Source: Macrostomum hystrix (lineage: Eukaryota > Animalia > Platyhelminthes). From it: a stretch of 64,000 nucleotides of DNA. Location of the stretch: positions 33,728,001 through 33,792,000 of the forward strand of contig CATNEN010000038.1 of NCBI GenBank assembly GCA_950097015.1, in the 5' to 3' direction. Numbering within the stretch: position 1 is the first letter of the stretch; every line of letters begins with the position of its first letter. Positions 13,864 to 25,881 of this stretch are shown here, piece after piece. Made by a program: the position numbers and the translations under genes. Under the pieces are notes generated by a model, which saw only the letters and a list, made by a program, of their open reading frames with translations, had not been told where the DNA came from and ran no database searches.

Positions 13864-15428
13864 CTTTTTTGCGATTGAATTCGTCCAAACTGCAAAACCT
13901 TTCGTCCACAAATGCTTTCTTAATGGGAGCTAAATTTAGATCATACCATAGACAACCGTTTTCACGCAAAACGGTTCATCCAGTTTGTAAAACATTTCGT
14001 CCCCTAGACTAGAGACCGAGTGTACTGTTCCTACCATAGTTAACACCCAATTGACAGTTCGCTTTTGCTACCACTAAAGCTACAGCAACGCATAGGCCTA
14101 TCTTCCATTCCGAACCCGGCAAAACAGTCGAAGATGAACCGAGGCCCCTACCATCCAGTGTCAAACGAAGACCGCAGGCGATTAGCCTTGGCTGTTGAAG
14201 AAGGCCGCGATTGGAAACAACTGGCCGATATCCTTGGGATCAAGAGAAAGACAGCCAAAACGATTGTCGACACCTACGTTCAAACCGGGCGCATTGAGAA
14301 GTTTCCATCAGCAGGTGGCCGTCCGAAGAAACTGCAAGAGCAGCAGATTGAGTCAATCATCGAGTTCCTCGAGGCAAACCCGTCCGCGACATTACAAATG
14401 ATGCGGAACCATCTGATGCAACTTGGCAATGAAGGTCAACTTCCTCATGTCTCAACCATAAGTCGAGCACTTGACAAACAGCTGGTGACTTTGAAGCTGG
14501 CTAGGCAGATTAGGTTTGATTGGAACGACCCAGTTGTGAAGGCGGCGAGATGTGAGTACGCACAGTGGATGATGAACGAAGGACACGACAGGAACCAGAT
14601 TTTTCTCGATGAGTTCGGGCTGAACCTGTGGACGGCGAGAACTCAAGGATGGGCATATCGAGGCCAGCCTGCGGTGAGAACGGTATGTGGCCAGCGCGGA
14701 CAAAACCTGACTCTCTGCTTGGCCATATCTCCGCAATGGGGACTTGTTCACTATGCGCTGATGGAAGGAGGTTTTCGAGCTCAAAATTTTGCAGACTTCT
14801 TAGTAGAGCTGGATGTCCTGGTGGAGGCTGAGTGGGTGGCGATCTTTGATGGGGCCCGCGCTCACCTTCAAGTCCCTGGACTTTCACCGCAACACAGCAC
14901 CTATCAATTGCCACCGTACTCTCCGTATCTCAACCCAACTGAGCGCGCAGGGTCTTCCCTGAAGGCATCAGTGAAGAGGGCACTGTCAGTTCCCGCTATT
15001 CAGCACGAGCTCTCTAATCGGCAAGCTGCTGCTGCTGCGAACCTGACTCTGCATGCCTGGCGGATGCACATTTTGAAGAGAGAGGTCGAAGCTGCACTGC
15101 ACGTGATTACACAGGAGAAGTGCCAGCAATGGACCAATCACACTGTGGGTTACTACGGCCGTTGTTTGGACTACCAAGACATTTTAAACTACCATTCTAA
15201 CAAGAGACACTGTTTTTGCTTTGTTCAATATCTCGTGATATCAAATAAAGTCGCTCCGTTTAGCTGTTAGCTGTTTGGACGAAGGGTTTAGACGAAATGT
15301 TTTACAAACTGGATGAACCGTTTTGCGTGAACACGGTTGTCTATGGTATGATCTAAATTTAGCTCCCATTAAGAAAGCGTTAGTGGACGAAAGGTTTTGC
15401 AGTTTGGACGAATTCAATCGCAAAAAGG
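13864..15428 (+). mobile_element. IS630/Tc1-mariner element with ~140-bp TIRs
   Basis: Long near-perfect inverted repeats at ~13864-14001 and ~15291-15428; TA on both sides. Confidence 0.92.
14134..15270 (+). CDS. IS630/Tc1-family DDE transposase
   Basis: HTH region (GGRPKKL), FLDEFG, IFDGARAH, LPPYSPYLNPTE; uninterrupted ORF. Confidence 0.9.
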   Translation: MNRGPYHPVSNEDRRRLALAVEEGRDWKQLADILGIKRKTAKTIVDTYVQTGRIEKFPSAGGRPKKLQEQQIESIIEFLEANPSATLQMMRNHLMQLGNEGQLPHVSTISRALDKQLVTLKLARQIRFDWNDPVVKAARCEYAQWMMNEGHDRNQIFLDEFGLNLWTARTQGWAYRGQPAVRTVCGQRGQNLTLCLAISPQWGLVHYALMEGGFRAQNFADFLVELDVLVEAEWVAIFDGARAHLQVPGLSPQHSTYQLPPYSPYLNPTERAGSSLKASVKRALSVPAIQHELSNRQAAAAANLTLHAWRMHILKREVEAALHVITQEKCQQWTNHTVGYYGRCLDYQDILNYHSNKRHCFCFVQYLVISNKVAPFSC

Positions 15429-16462
15429 TATATTATTGTGATTGCCTCATTCCCAACATTGCTATCTTATCGGTTATTTGTAACATAAGTAAGAAAGAAG
15501 TGTGTTGTCTTGGTTAGTGGTTAGTGGTTCCTGTGTCTATGACTATGTGATATGGCCTGTTGTGAAGAATGAAGTTAGGCATAGACTAACCTATCCTAAA
15601 GCTAGACTAGAGTACATTAGCAAGCTAGGCCTATACTACATAGGCTTGAAGATTGTACTTTTATCTCTGAATGAGCAGTTAAATTTAGCTGTTTAACTTT
15701 GATAAATGAATTTGCCATTCACTAATATGTAATGAGTAGACTATGATTGCCTTACACATCTCAATTGCTTAGACCTGTTTTTTGTTTAGTTGAGGGCCAG
15801 CCTAATTCAGATCTGTCTAAACTAGCTATATATTTGTGCCATTTGCTATCTTGGCCTTTTTAAATGATATATTTTTGATGTGCTAAAATAGATTTTGTGG
15901 CTCATATGGCTACTGGCTTTGTGGCAGAATTTTTTGTTGCTAAGCTATTTTTGTTTATGCTTGTATGCTTTGTATATGCTAGTTGTAATTAATTTAAATT
16001 TGTGCAGAGATAAGTTATGGTATGTTCATATTCTCTTTTAATTAATGTACTTGTCAAAGGTGGTATATTTTTCAATGAAGGTTTATTTTTTATATGATAT
16101 AAGTAAGATATCAAAATAAAGCTGTAGAAAAATGCCATAGGGTATATGCATCATCATTTATACTATATCTCATTTCTTAAAATGGATCAAATAATGAAAA
16201 AATTGTAGCGATTTTTTCTTTTTATATTTTTTTAGTTTTCATAATAAATTTTTCCTATATAGATGCCTACGTCCTATGATCTAGATGGATTAAATATTTC
16301 GATTTTTCACATAAATGGCTATAACTTTGTCTACTTACATTTGGCCATCCAAAAAAAGTAAAAGGAACATCATAAAACCTATTTCTAATAGATCCTATTA
16401 TCAAAATTAGAATTAAAATAAAAAATGTGGAACATTGCTACTGATTATAGCAATAATCACTT

Positions 16463-17185
16463 TGTGACGTTGTCACTTGTTGAAAGCGCCCCTAGCAATT
16501 TAATTTACGTGTTAATTTACATAGCTAATTTACGTGTGTACTAACTAGGGCCGTTTTACTGATGTCCTCTTGTTTTCATCCATTTCTCAGTTTCGTATGG
16601 TTAAGCTGCAATTCTTAGAGTGTTACTGTTAGTAGGTGTTAGTGCACATCGCGCTGCCACAGCTTGGTTTTGCTAGTGTCTAATTGTCGTCTGCCCAGAC
16701 CAGTATACTTAAACGCTCATTGGCTGGGGCCAGTTTCTAGAGTTATCGATCGCCCTGTTCTGCAGTTTACTAAGCTTATTTAACTAAGGGCTTTAGGCCC
16801 GCTCGCGCTCCACCTGTCTTGTCCGGCCCCGGTTCTCGTTCTTGTTGTCTCGCCTTGTCTTCTCGTGTTCCTGTTTGTCCACTGGTTGTCCACTTGTTAT
16901 TGTTCTGAGACTATTCTGCCTGTTAGCCCTGCCCACTGCTCGGCTTCTCGTGTCTGTCCTAGCTTCGCGCACTATTTCCTATCTTCGCCTCGCCGTGCCG
17001 TTATTGCTATTACTATTGTTGAGCTCCTGCACCTTACTTTCCTTACTCTCTGCTTGTCGTGCGTCCCAGTGCACCACGAGAATAAAGTGATACCGCTACA
17101 CCACATAATTGAACTGACTCTAAGACTGAAGTGAACTCTAATTGTCGCCGCCACGGACTTCTGTCTTCGTCATTTTATCGTTACA
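16463..17185 (+). repeat. Probable solo LTR
   Basis: Inverted ends TGTGACG...CGTTACA; AATAAA at 17081; flanks ACTT/ACTC (imperfect 4-bp TSD); non-coding. Confidence 0.5.
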
Positions 17186-17510
17186 ACTCGTTTAACATTG
17201 TTTAACACTTGTTTTAAAGTATTTTTCCTCTTCCTATAGCCATTTAATTTTCTTTAACAGTCTGCTTTGTCACTTGTCGCTTACTATGCCTTTTTAGCAC
17301 AGTGAACAGTTTATTGATAATGTCCATAGTCTTTATTTCTATATATTTTAGAGCTCACTGTTGTAAACTAACCAAATATTAATGTCTTAAATGGAAACCT
17401 GTCAGCATTGTTTTAAGTAATATATGTTACAATTATTTTAACCATACTTATATGTAACTGTTGGCAATGAATAAAAATATCTACATTTTTTATCAATTGC
17501 AGCTCTCACT

Positions 17511-19520
17511 ATGGCTTCACGAAGCCAAGTGAACCGCCATAAGCGACGTCTGCTAGAAAGCATAGCTAATGAAGAAGTTGCAGCAAGTAGTGCGCAGCTA
17601 CATGATGCTACTGAATCTGCTGAACAAGTTGAAGTTCAATTTAGTTATGTCTGCAGTGAAGCTGCATTGGAATCCGAGGTTTCAGACCCGGATACTGGTA
17701 CCTACTACTCGTTCGATGAAAGAGGCTTTGAGGAAGAAGCTTTGAGGAAGTGCTGAAGATGCGTTCGACGGTGCCCATTCTGCTCCCAGCCTGGCGGACG
17801 AGCTGCTGCTGTTCACATTAATTTACAACCTTCCTCGCACAGCAGTGCAGTACCTACTTGATTTGCTACTTCGACATGGTATTAATCTGCCAAAGTCAGC
17901 ATATTTGCTAAGGAAAGGCATTGCAAGTGTGCTCCCCCCTCAGCTCTCACTCGCCAATGGGACTTTTTCATACATCTCTATCAGAGAAAGCATCAGGATT
18001 CGCATCACTGAAGGCCTTTTGACAGGCTTGACAAGCGGCTGCTCGACTGCACCTGTTGTTCTGAATGCTTAAGTCAACATCGATGGACTGCCGCTCTACA
18101 AAAGCACCAATGCATCACTTTGGCCAATTTTGTTGCGCTTTGTTGGCTGCAGCGTCATATTCCCTGTGGCATTTTACTACGGGTTTCAAAAGCCAGCAGT
18201 GGAATCGTACCTGAAGGATTTTGTTGAGGAGACTATTGAACTGAAAGAACGTGGCATGATTGTTGATGGCATCTGCGTAAAACTTGGCCGACTGACTTTC
18301 ACTTGCGACGCGCCAGCACGAGCATATATATGTACAAGGCATCCTGTCCCATAATGCCAAGAAAGGCTGTGGATATTGCCGCTGCTCTGCTAAACGAGAT
18401 AACGAGCGCATGGTGTATCCAACTGCAGCATCAGAGCCTAGATCGGATCGACAATACTCGGAAGGCCTCGAGGACAACCAGCAATGTTTATCTCCTGTTG
18501 CTCGCATCGCATCGCTGTATTCTGACTTTCCCGTTGAATATCAGCACTGCATCTGCTTGGGCGTGATGCGGCGTCTCTGCAATTTCTACTTCAAGAAGGT
18601 GAAGTCGTTTAACGTTCGTGCAAAGTTGTCGCGAATAATGCTTACACGGCTGTCGGATGAGATTAGATTCGCTTTATCGTTGAACAATGATGGTTTGTTC
18701 AACGCTGATCGAAAGCGTTCATCTATGAGACAATGTTGTTGCGTATGTGGTTTGATCATAGACAATGATTAAGCACAGTTCGAGAATGCTTTCCGTCAGA
18801 GTTCCAGCGCCGACCTCGCAGGCTAGACACTGAGCTCGCCAACTACAAAGCTACCGAGTTTCGCTCCCTGTTGCTTTTTCTCGGAACTCTCTTACTGCGC
18901 TCATATTTGCCTAACGACTTTTACAAACACTTTTTGCTGCTGCATTTTTCCATTTCAGTTTTCATGTGTTTTTTCATTCTCATTCGCACTTGCTCGAGCA
19001 AGCCAAAAGTGCTTTGGATTGCTTTGTATATGATATGCCCAAATATTTTGGTTCTAGCCCAAATAATTTCCATGTTCTTCTTCATTTGTACGAGTTCGTG
19101 AAGACTCATGGCCCGCTCAGTTCATTTTCTACATTTCCATTTGAAAGTTACCTTGGCTCTCTGAAGCGAAGAGTGCGCCAGACGAGCGGCATTTTTACGC
19201 ATGTTACTCGCCAAGCCGTCACACTTAGAGAATTACACATTAAACGGAAATCGGCATCCGCGCTTACTTTCAACTCTTCCCCGCCGAATAATTGCGTTGT
19301 TATTAAAGGAAAGTATGTTTTTGTCCAGCACATTTTCCCAGTGGTGTAGTAGAAGGAGTGCAGCTGAAGTTTCGACGCAACCTTTATGATTATCCGTACG
19401 ATTCCAAGTATCTCGGAATCGGATATTTTACTGTTGCGCATAAGGTTCTCTCAGGCGTCCCAGAAGGCAAAGCGATTTGCTTTCCTAGGTAGTCGGAATA
19501 CGTCATTTTTCCTCTCACAC
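17511..19520 (+). pseudogene. EnSpm-type transposase, multiple stops and frameshifts
   Basis: NIDGLPLYKS..LWPIL, TCDAPARA, EYQHCICLGV, YKATEFR, NFHVLLHL, STFPFESY. Confidence 0.88.
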
Positions 19521-20009
19521 CCCTTCTGGGAGAAGCCGGACGCGAAATGTCATGAGCGTCTCAAAGCGTCGAGTTGATGTTGTAAATAAATGATTGGCGC
19601 AGGAAAAACTTTGACAACTGTACTTCTGACTTCTGGATATTTTTTGCTTAGCATCTTTCCTGAAACCCTAAATTAGGTACTTTTTGTTGCTTGCCTCTGG
19701 TACCTGAAGCCATTAATCGGTATCTCACAAGTCAGCTAGTTTAAAATCGGAGGTCAAAGCTAAGTATATTGCAGTGTGATCACCCTGAGCATGAGTGACC
19801 GCGATCCATTGGATCAGCATATATTTAATAATGTGGGAAATTCTAAATGATATTTCCAAACTTTCATTTTAGCTTAATCTGCAATGCTCAACTTTGAAGA
19901 GATAAATTTTGCTTTGGTTTACTTCCCAAGCGACAAAGGATCTGCTTACGACCCTTTCTCCGTACACCCTATAAGCTGCTGTACAAATTGGTCCGAAGAA
20001 ATCTAAAAG

Positions 20010-21607
20010 AATCTTATCGCGGACACTGGTAACAAGCGAGTTCTTCGCGTGAAATTCGAGGAAGCCGAATGCAAGGGTGTCCTCATTCAAGTGGCAACTC
20101 AGGAAGCGGATCTTTTCTCTACATTGAAGCACTGCCAGACCATAAAGCGGCGAAATGTGTCTGTTGAGCAGATTTTGAAGAAGGTGCCTAGCTTTTGCAG
20201 TGGAGGTCGACTTCGCTTTCCGCCAGAGAACTTGTACTACAATTGTGTTGGTGAAACCTCTGGCTTGGAGTCCGAAGCTGAGCGTCCTTCGGGCAGCAGC
20301 CTATTGGTTCAACATTCAACGCCTGCCATCACTGCTCAGCCGCCAAAACTTTTACCACCGCCGAGGCGTCCTTTGTCGCAGCTGCATCCCCGGTCTCGGT
20401 CAAGAAGCACGAGCCTAAGAAGAGATCGATCGTCGCGAAAGCAGCAGCAGATCGAGTCGCGTTCGGAGAATCGGGGCCCATTGGCGAGCCCTGGTGGAGA
20501 CCAGCGCACTCCGCAACAGCGCCAATCGCGGAGACGACGCAGCTGTGCACGTTCGAGGAGTCCTGACGACACATCGGTGAGCTCTGACGGCGATCAGCGG
20601 CGTAGTCCGCAGCAGAGCCAATCGCGGAGACGACGCGGCAGTGCACGTTCGAGGAGTCCTGACGACACATCGGTGAGCTCTGACGGCGATCAACGGCGTA
20701 GTCCGCAGCAGAGCCAATCGCGGAGACGACGCGGCAGTGCACGTTCGAGGAGTCCTGACGACACATCGGTGAGCTCTGACGGCGATCAACAGCGTAAGTC
20801 CGCAGCAGAGCCAATCGCGGAGACGACGCGGCAGTGCACGTTCGAGGAGTCCTGACGACACATCGGTGAGCTCTGACGGCGATCAACGGCGTAGTCCGCA
20901 GCAGAGCCAATCGCGGAGACGACGCGGCAGTGCACGTTTGAGGAGTTCTGACGACACATCGGTGAGGTCTGGCGGCGGTCAACAGCGCAGTGTGCACAGT
21001 ACCGATAGGTCAAAAGGACACAGCCAGGCGCGCTCAAGGAGTTCGTCACGTCAGCCCCGCCAGCTTTTCGAGGGTGAATGCGGAACCGTGGACTCTGGTG
21101 CGTCGAAAGGGTTTGCAACCTGGAACGGTTGGCTCTGTCTACTATTTGATGTCTGTCGTCCTGAAACGCGTCGTAGCAATCGAGGACAGACTCGACAGGA
21201 TGGATGGCAACGATGCACCCGCGGAAGCCGAGAAAATTTCTCCGTGCGCTAGCACTCACGAAGTTCAGGATTTGCAGAACCGTCTGAACGACATGACTTT
21301 CAAGGCCTCAGTGATCAGACAAATCAGACAAGTCGGTGGTACCACCGTGCGGGCTTTCGTGCGTTCGGCCGTCAGCGTGTTGTTGACCAACGACATGCAA
21401 ACCAAGTTTAACCGCCATGGAGTTGACAATAGATTGCGCTTCATCGGCCAGTTGGAGGACGTCACAAAACAGGCCGCACTGCAATCTTTCCCAAAGAGCA
21501 ACGAGAGGGAGATTTAGCAACCTATAGCGGCAGCTTTGAAGAACGCGGCTGACAGGATGGGTGGCAGACAGCGCCGGATGAAAAGCAGGAACGATGAGCC
21601 GGAGTGA
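20010..21607 (+). pseudogene. EnSpm accessory protein with RS-rich repeat linker and DUF4806-like C-terminus
   Basis: IRQVGGTTVRAFVRSAVSVLLTNDMQTKFNRHG..EREI; frameshifts within and after the repeat. Confidence 0.7.
20497..20990 (+). repeat. 96-bp coding tandem repeat x5
   Basis: CCAATCGCGGAGACG recurs at 20522, 20618, 20714, 20811 and 20907 (one 97-bp unit); the unit encodes RRRGSARSRSPDDTSVSSDGDQRRSPQQSQSR. Confidence 0.95.
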
Positions 21608-23529
21608 GCGCTGCTTTTGTGACTTTTGAGTTGCAAGCAATTAACTAACAATGAGCAATCAGCCCATGTATACTTTTATAAGGCGCCACTTTGAGTCAGT
21701 CGAATTATTTATTTTTGAAAAATAAAACTTTGCCATACCTACTATCTTTCTGTTACAAGTGGCCTTCAGGAAATTAGCCGAATGGAGTGCTTTACGCATC
21801 ATTTTAGTTGGCCTTCAATAAATCATTTGACAGCTCTGGACTGCTTGAGTAAATAGAAATTGAATGGTGAATTAAATTACAATTATTTAAATGAATTAAA
21901 ATCATTTTGCTCATAGACGATGCTGCCGTCTGATAAATGTTGCCGTTCCTGCGTATTTTGCTGGTTTAAGTGGCAACTATGCCTCTAGAAAATAAGCAGT
22001 ACTGCTGGAAAAGTAGCGGGCATCTCACTGTAAATCAAGTGGTAGTACTGTACTGCAGTAGTAGTAGCGCCAGCGCTACCGGTAAAGCGGCGGCAAAGTG
22101 GCGGCATGCCGCTGGCATATCAGCACTTCTGGCGGCAAAGCGGCGGCATGCCACTGGCGGGCCGCCACGGCGGGCCGCTAGCATTTCGTGGCGCATCCCG
22201 ACTGCCGGGCCGCTGGCGATGCCGATGGCGGCAGCGATGGCGGACCGCCAGCTTTTTTCCCACCGAGTAATTGCGATTGCTTATCAGATTTTACATGCTC
22301 TGATCAGAAGAGTCAAGAACAAAATTAGCTGCTTATGGGGCAAAATATCGTAGAAAAATATTAGCAATTTATTCAACAAGTGTTTTATTTAATAAAGTAC
22401 CAGCTAGCTAACTTTTGCTACTCAGTATAAAATAAAAGGTCTTAATTGCGGCTTCTTATCAGATCTTTTTAAGTTCTTTCAACGTGCCCATTGTCCTTAT
22501 AGGTTTTTTTTAATTTAAAATGAATTGAGGGGACACAATTTGTATCTACAAGTCTTGGATTGATTTTTTGTGTTTATGAGTATAAAATAGTTTTGATGAA
22601 AAATATTTTTGCCATTTAGTGGTAATTATGCCGTTTAACATACAAATAAAAAGCGCGAATGGGTAAAAATTAGCAAAGACATCAAGAAAATATAAATTCA
22701 AAATAAAAATTATTTATAGAATCAAAAGTCACAGAACTGTATGTAGTAAATAATTTTACTACATTTGTGTGTACTTGAATCAAGGTTGGTTTAATTTAAA
22801 AAAATTTAACTGTGATTGCCCCACTTTTCGCTATCGCTTTCGCAGAGATTTCACACTAAGTCAGCTAACGTAATGCACCTCGAGCTTTGCCTTTACAAGC
22901 AAGTGTGTTATTTAATAAATTGGAACTCCAATCAAAGAACCACTCCTTAGTATTATATTTGCGTTTGGATGCAATATAGTTTCTAAGTAAAATTTTCTTT
23001 TATTATTAAGCTCTAAGTACGTAAGCTAGTCAAGCTATACTTATTATTATTTTTTATTAGCTTTAGCTTCTAAAGATGGACACAATAAGGGAAAGGCGAA
23101 ACATTAGGAAACATCCTTTGACTACAATCCAGCAGCAAAAGTTAGAATCTACTTATTGCCTATTTTGGTATAACAACACTAAGTGTTTTTTCCCAAGTCT
23201 TCAAGCTTTCTGATAAACGATTTTCTGCATTTACAGCTGAAGAGAAGCTGAGCTTGTCTATTGTAAGTATTAAACCAAGCTATTTGACTATATCTTGTGA
23301 TATATATTTTTGTTCTATATGTTTGTTCCTATTGCCTTCTATATCTTGAGCAGTGGAGCCTTGTGGTATTAGATGCATATGCCCACCCAAAATTTGTTTA
23401 AGTGCACCATATACATTGAATTAAAATTCAAAAGTTGCTAAAATTTGGTTTGTACCCCCTTTAAATCTTAAAAAATGGCTTCTGCCCCCTAGAAAATTTT
23501 TTCCACCACCCCGTCTATAAAGACTATAC

Positions 23530-25881
23530 TGATAAATTTAGAGGGTATTACAATTAATATAGATGAAATGGCTGGGAGTTTTGAAGCCACTGAACTGCCC
23601 CGTGAGAGATAGAAGCCTAGAGGCGGGTGCTAGATTCGATGAACCATCCACCTGGCGGCTCGCAAGATGTCGCGGAGAGAAGGCAGAGATGAAGGGAGGG
23701 ATGAGGAGATGAAGGGAGAGATGAGGAGGTTCAATGGCCGCAGAGAGTGGTCCTATTGGCCTCAGGCTGGCCAGTCCCACTCGTCCCATAGGCCACAGGC
23801 ATGACTGCCGTGCCTACCCCTAGCTATGCTCGAAACCGGCGAAAGGTCTAAAAGAGAGGTGTCGGACTATCCGGAATCGGACAGGACAGGGCTAGATAGC
23901 CTACTGTCATCAGTAGCACGTGCGCAACCGACTCCTAACCTTGGTAGCGGTGGTCGATTCGGCCTAGGCTCTTGTCATAGAAATGCGGAAAGGCTATCGG
24001 CAAAGCGGATAGATGATCTAGGGTAGCGCCACCACCCAATGCGCCTACGTTGCCACCGCAGACATTTGGGAACTTGGGTCCCCGGAGTACACAGCTCCTA
24101 GTTTATCACACAGATCTAGACAAGCCGAAAATAGGGCATTGCTGCAACTTCCGTTTTAGACTGGGGTGAGAGCCCCAGAATGGATCGAGACACGCCTCAA
24201 AAGGGGATTCCTGAATTCGCGCTACAGGGGTCTAGAAAGGTGGTACTAAGAACTTGAATGAGAAATCCATAGCCAGAATCCTACTCATAAGACATCAGAC
24301 ACATTCTGTACATTAGACTGCAGCCTACACATTAAGTAACCAACAATCCGAATCTGTGAGTTGAGGAAAACAGAGGCTGGAGAGATTAAGCAGAACAACT
24401 GGCTGAGTGATTATGCAAGCGGAAGATTATTTGACCCTCGCTCTCGCTTCTGTGGCGGCAGTTGTGAGAGGAGGGGGAACAGAGGGAAAACTCAATTGGC
24501 AAGGGAGTTTGACACGTACTCCTTGATCCGCCAGGAAGAGAGGAAAGCCCGCCAAGGAATTCCTTACCCCCGGCAGAGACGCACATGCTACACTCCGCAT
24601 TTTACTCGCAAATCCCTAGCTCCTTATTGCTCTTATGCGCGCTCACGGTTGTCTTCCTGCCGCAGCCTCCAGCTCGGCCTCACCAGAGCCCACCCCCTAG
24701 TAAATTAGCCACTCATAGCTGAGGGCCGTCTAGGACAAATAAAAATAGAATATAACATGCGGAGAATTTAAATTGTTATTGAAATTGGCCTATAATTAAC
24801 GATTGGCTAAAGTTTCACTATTTATTAAACCAAGAAAATTCCCAGCCCTTGCCCACTATGTGCCGCCCAAATAGAAGATAAGTCCCTTAGAAGTAACAAT
24901 GGAAAAACCGCTGCGCGGGGTACTTAGCTGAACGCCGATCGGCCGCGTGCTGCAGTCCTGTAGCTCTCGAGGGATGGGTGGGGCAAAATCAGCAAAGCAA
25001 GGAGGGGAAACGTGCTAGACGTGAGCTGGCAGGGGCCAACACACCAGTGGAGCTCAGTGGCTCAATTTGAGAGCTCACCTAAAGAGGTGGCTTTTACTAT
25101 TGAGGCTCAGAGACAGGCAATGGGCCTGTGAGCGCTGGTTGAGCTTTAAGCTCTAGGGTCTAAGGGGGAGGGAAAAGCAAGAGTTCGACCGGGGGTCGGA
25201 ATAAGAGGTAAAAGGTGGAAAAGGTCCGGGGAAAACGGTCCAAGAGGGAGCAGCGCAGCGCGCTTGCTTAAGTAGTCCTGCAGCACGCCAATCTCGACAT
25301 TCATCAAAGCAACCCACATTCGCGCCAGCCTGTCAACGAGGGATCGGGGCGGCGATAGGCCGCCCTGATCACCCAATGAACCGGCGGCGGGAAACGACAG
25401 GTGCTCTGCGCGAACAGCCGTCGGCAGTCGGCCAGCAATTGTTACTCCGCTGGGACAATGGGAAGTGCAGGCGCCGACCTACCTACAGTGACATTACATG
25501 TATCTTAAAGGAGGAAGGTCATAAAGTCGAGCTGGGCTCGAATACTGTAAAGAAGTGGGGACATGAAGAATTAATGATCACTCATAATGCCCGAGTGATT
25601 CCCCATACCTGATCGCGGTTTGGAGGGGAATTATGACCTAGACTAGTTCATACAGTAGAGTTATGGCCGCGACCAGTCATTCCTACAAGGGTCTAGACAG
25701 ATCCAGGGAGAGGGGATTCGGTGGCTACTCAATTCACCACCGCCCCAAACCCGGCCCTAAGATTAATGATCTTGTTTCGTGGCCAGCTGCTAGGTGGGTC
25801 ATGATTATTAACTGCCTAAAAATTTGAAAAAATTATGCTGGCTCACATTCCCACTCGATTCCCGCAGCACACTCCACATCA
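23530..25881. repeat. Unclassified ~2.3-kb interspersed repeat, copy 1
   Basis: Colinear with 26950-29277 and 41360-42997; right end ..CAGCACACTCCACATCA is shared with copy 2; left boundary approximate. Confidence 0.85.

Larger units (their letters stand above)
13300..22267 (+). mobile_element. CMC/EnSpm DNA transposon #2
   Basis: Ends CCCGGTGGGAAAA and TTTTCCCACCGAG (1 mismatch); TA on both sides; GC-rich subterminal repeats at 22070-22250; transposase plus ORF2. Confidence 0.8.

Noticed and set aside
20497-20990. CRISPR-like array
   Set aside because: Head-to-tail coding units without unique spacers; same for 62179-62656.
21970-22353. 127-aa Ala-rich ORF
   Set aside because: Translation of GC-rich subterminal repeats crossing the element end.
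23351-23512. hAT-like MITE starting CAGTGG
   Set aside because: No matching right TIR or 8-bp TSD found.
23895-23915. Hammerhead ribozyme (CTGATGA on the minus strand)
   Set aside because: No GAAA closing stem II and no matching cleavage-site stems.
23934-23941. CCTAACCT as a telomerase-RNA template
   Set aside because: Only 8 nt, within a multicopy repeat, with no other support.
23530-25881. Solo LTR call from TGAT...ATCA ends
   Set aside because: No TSD, and the left TGAT end is not shared by copies 2 and 3; left unclassified.
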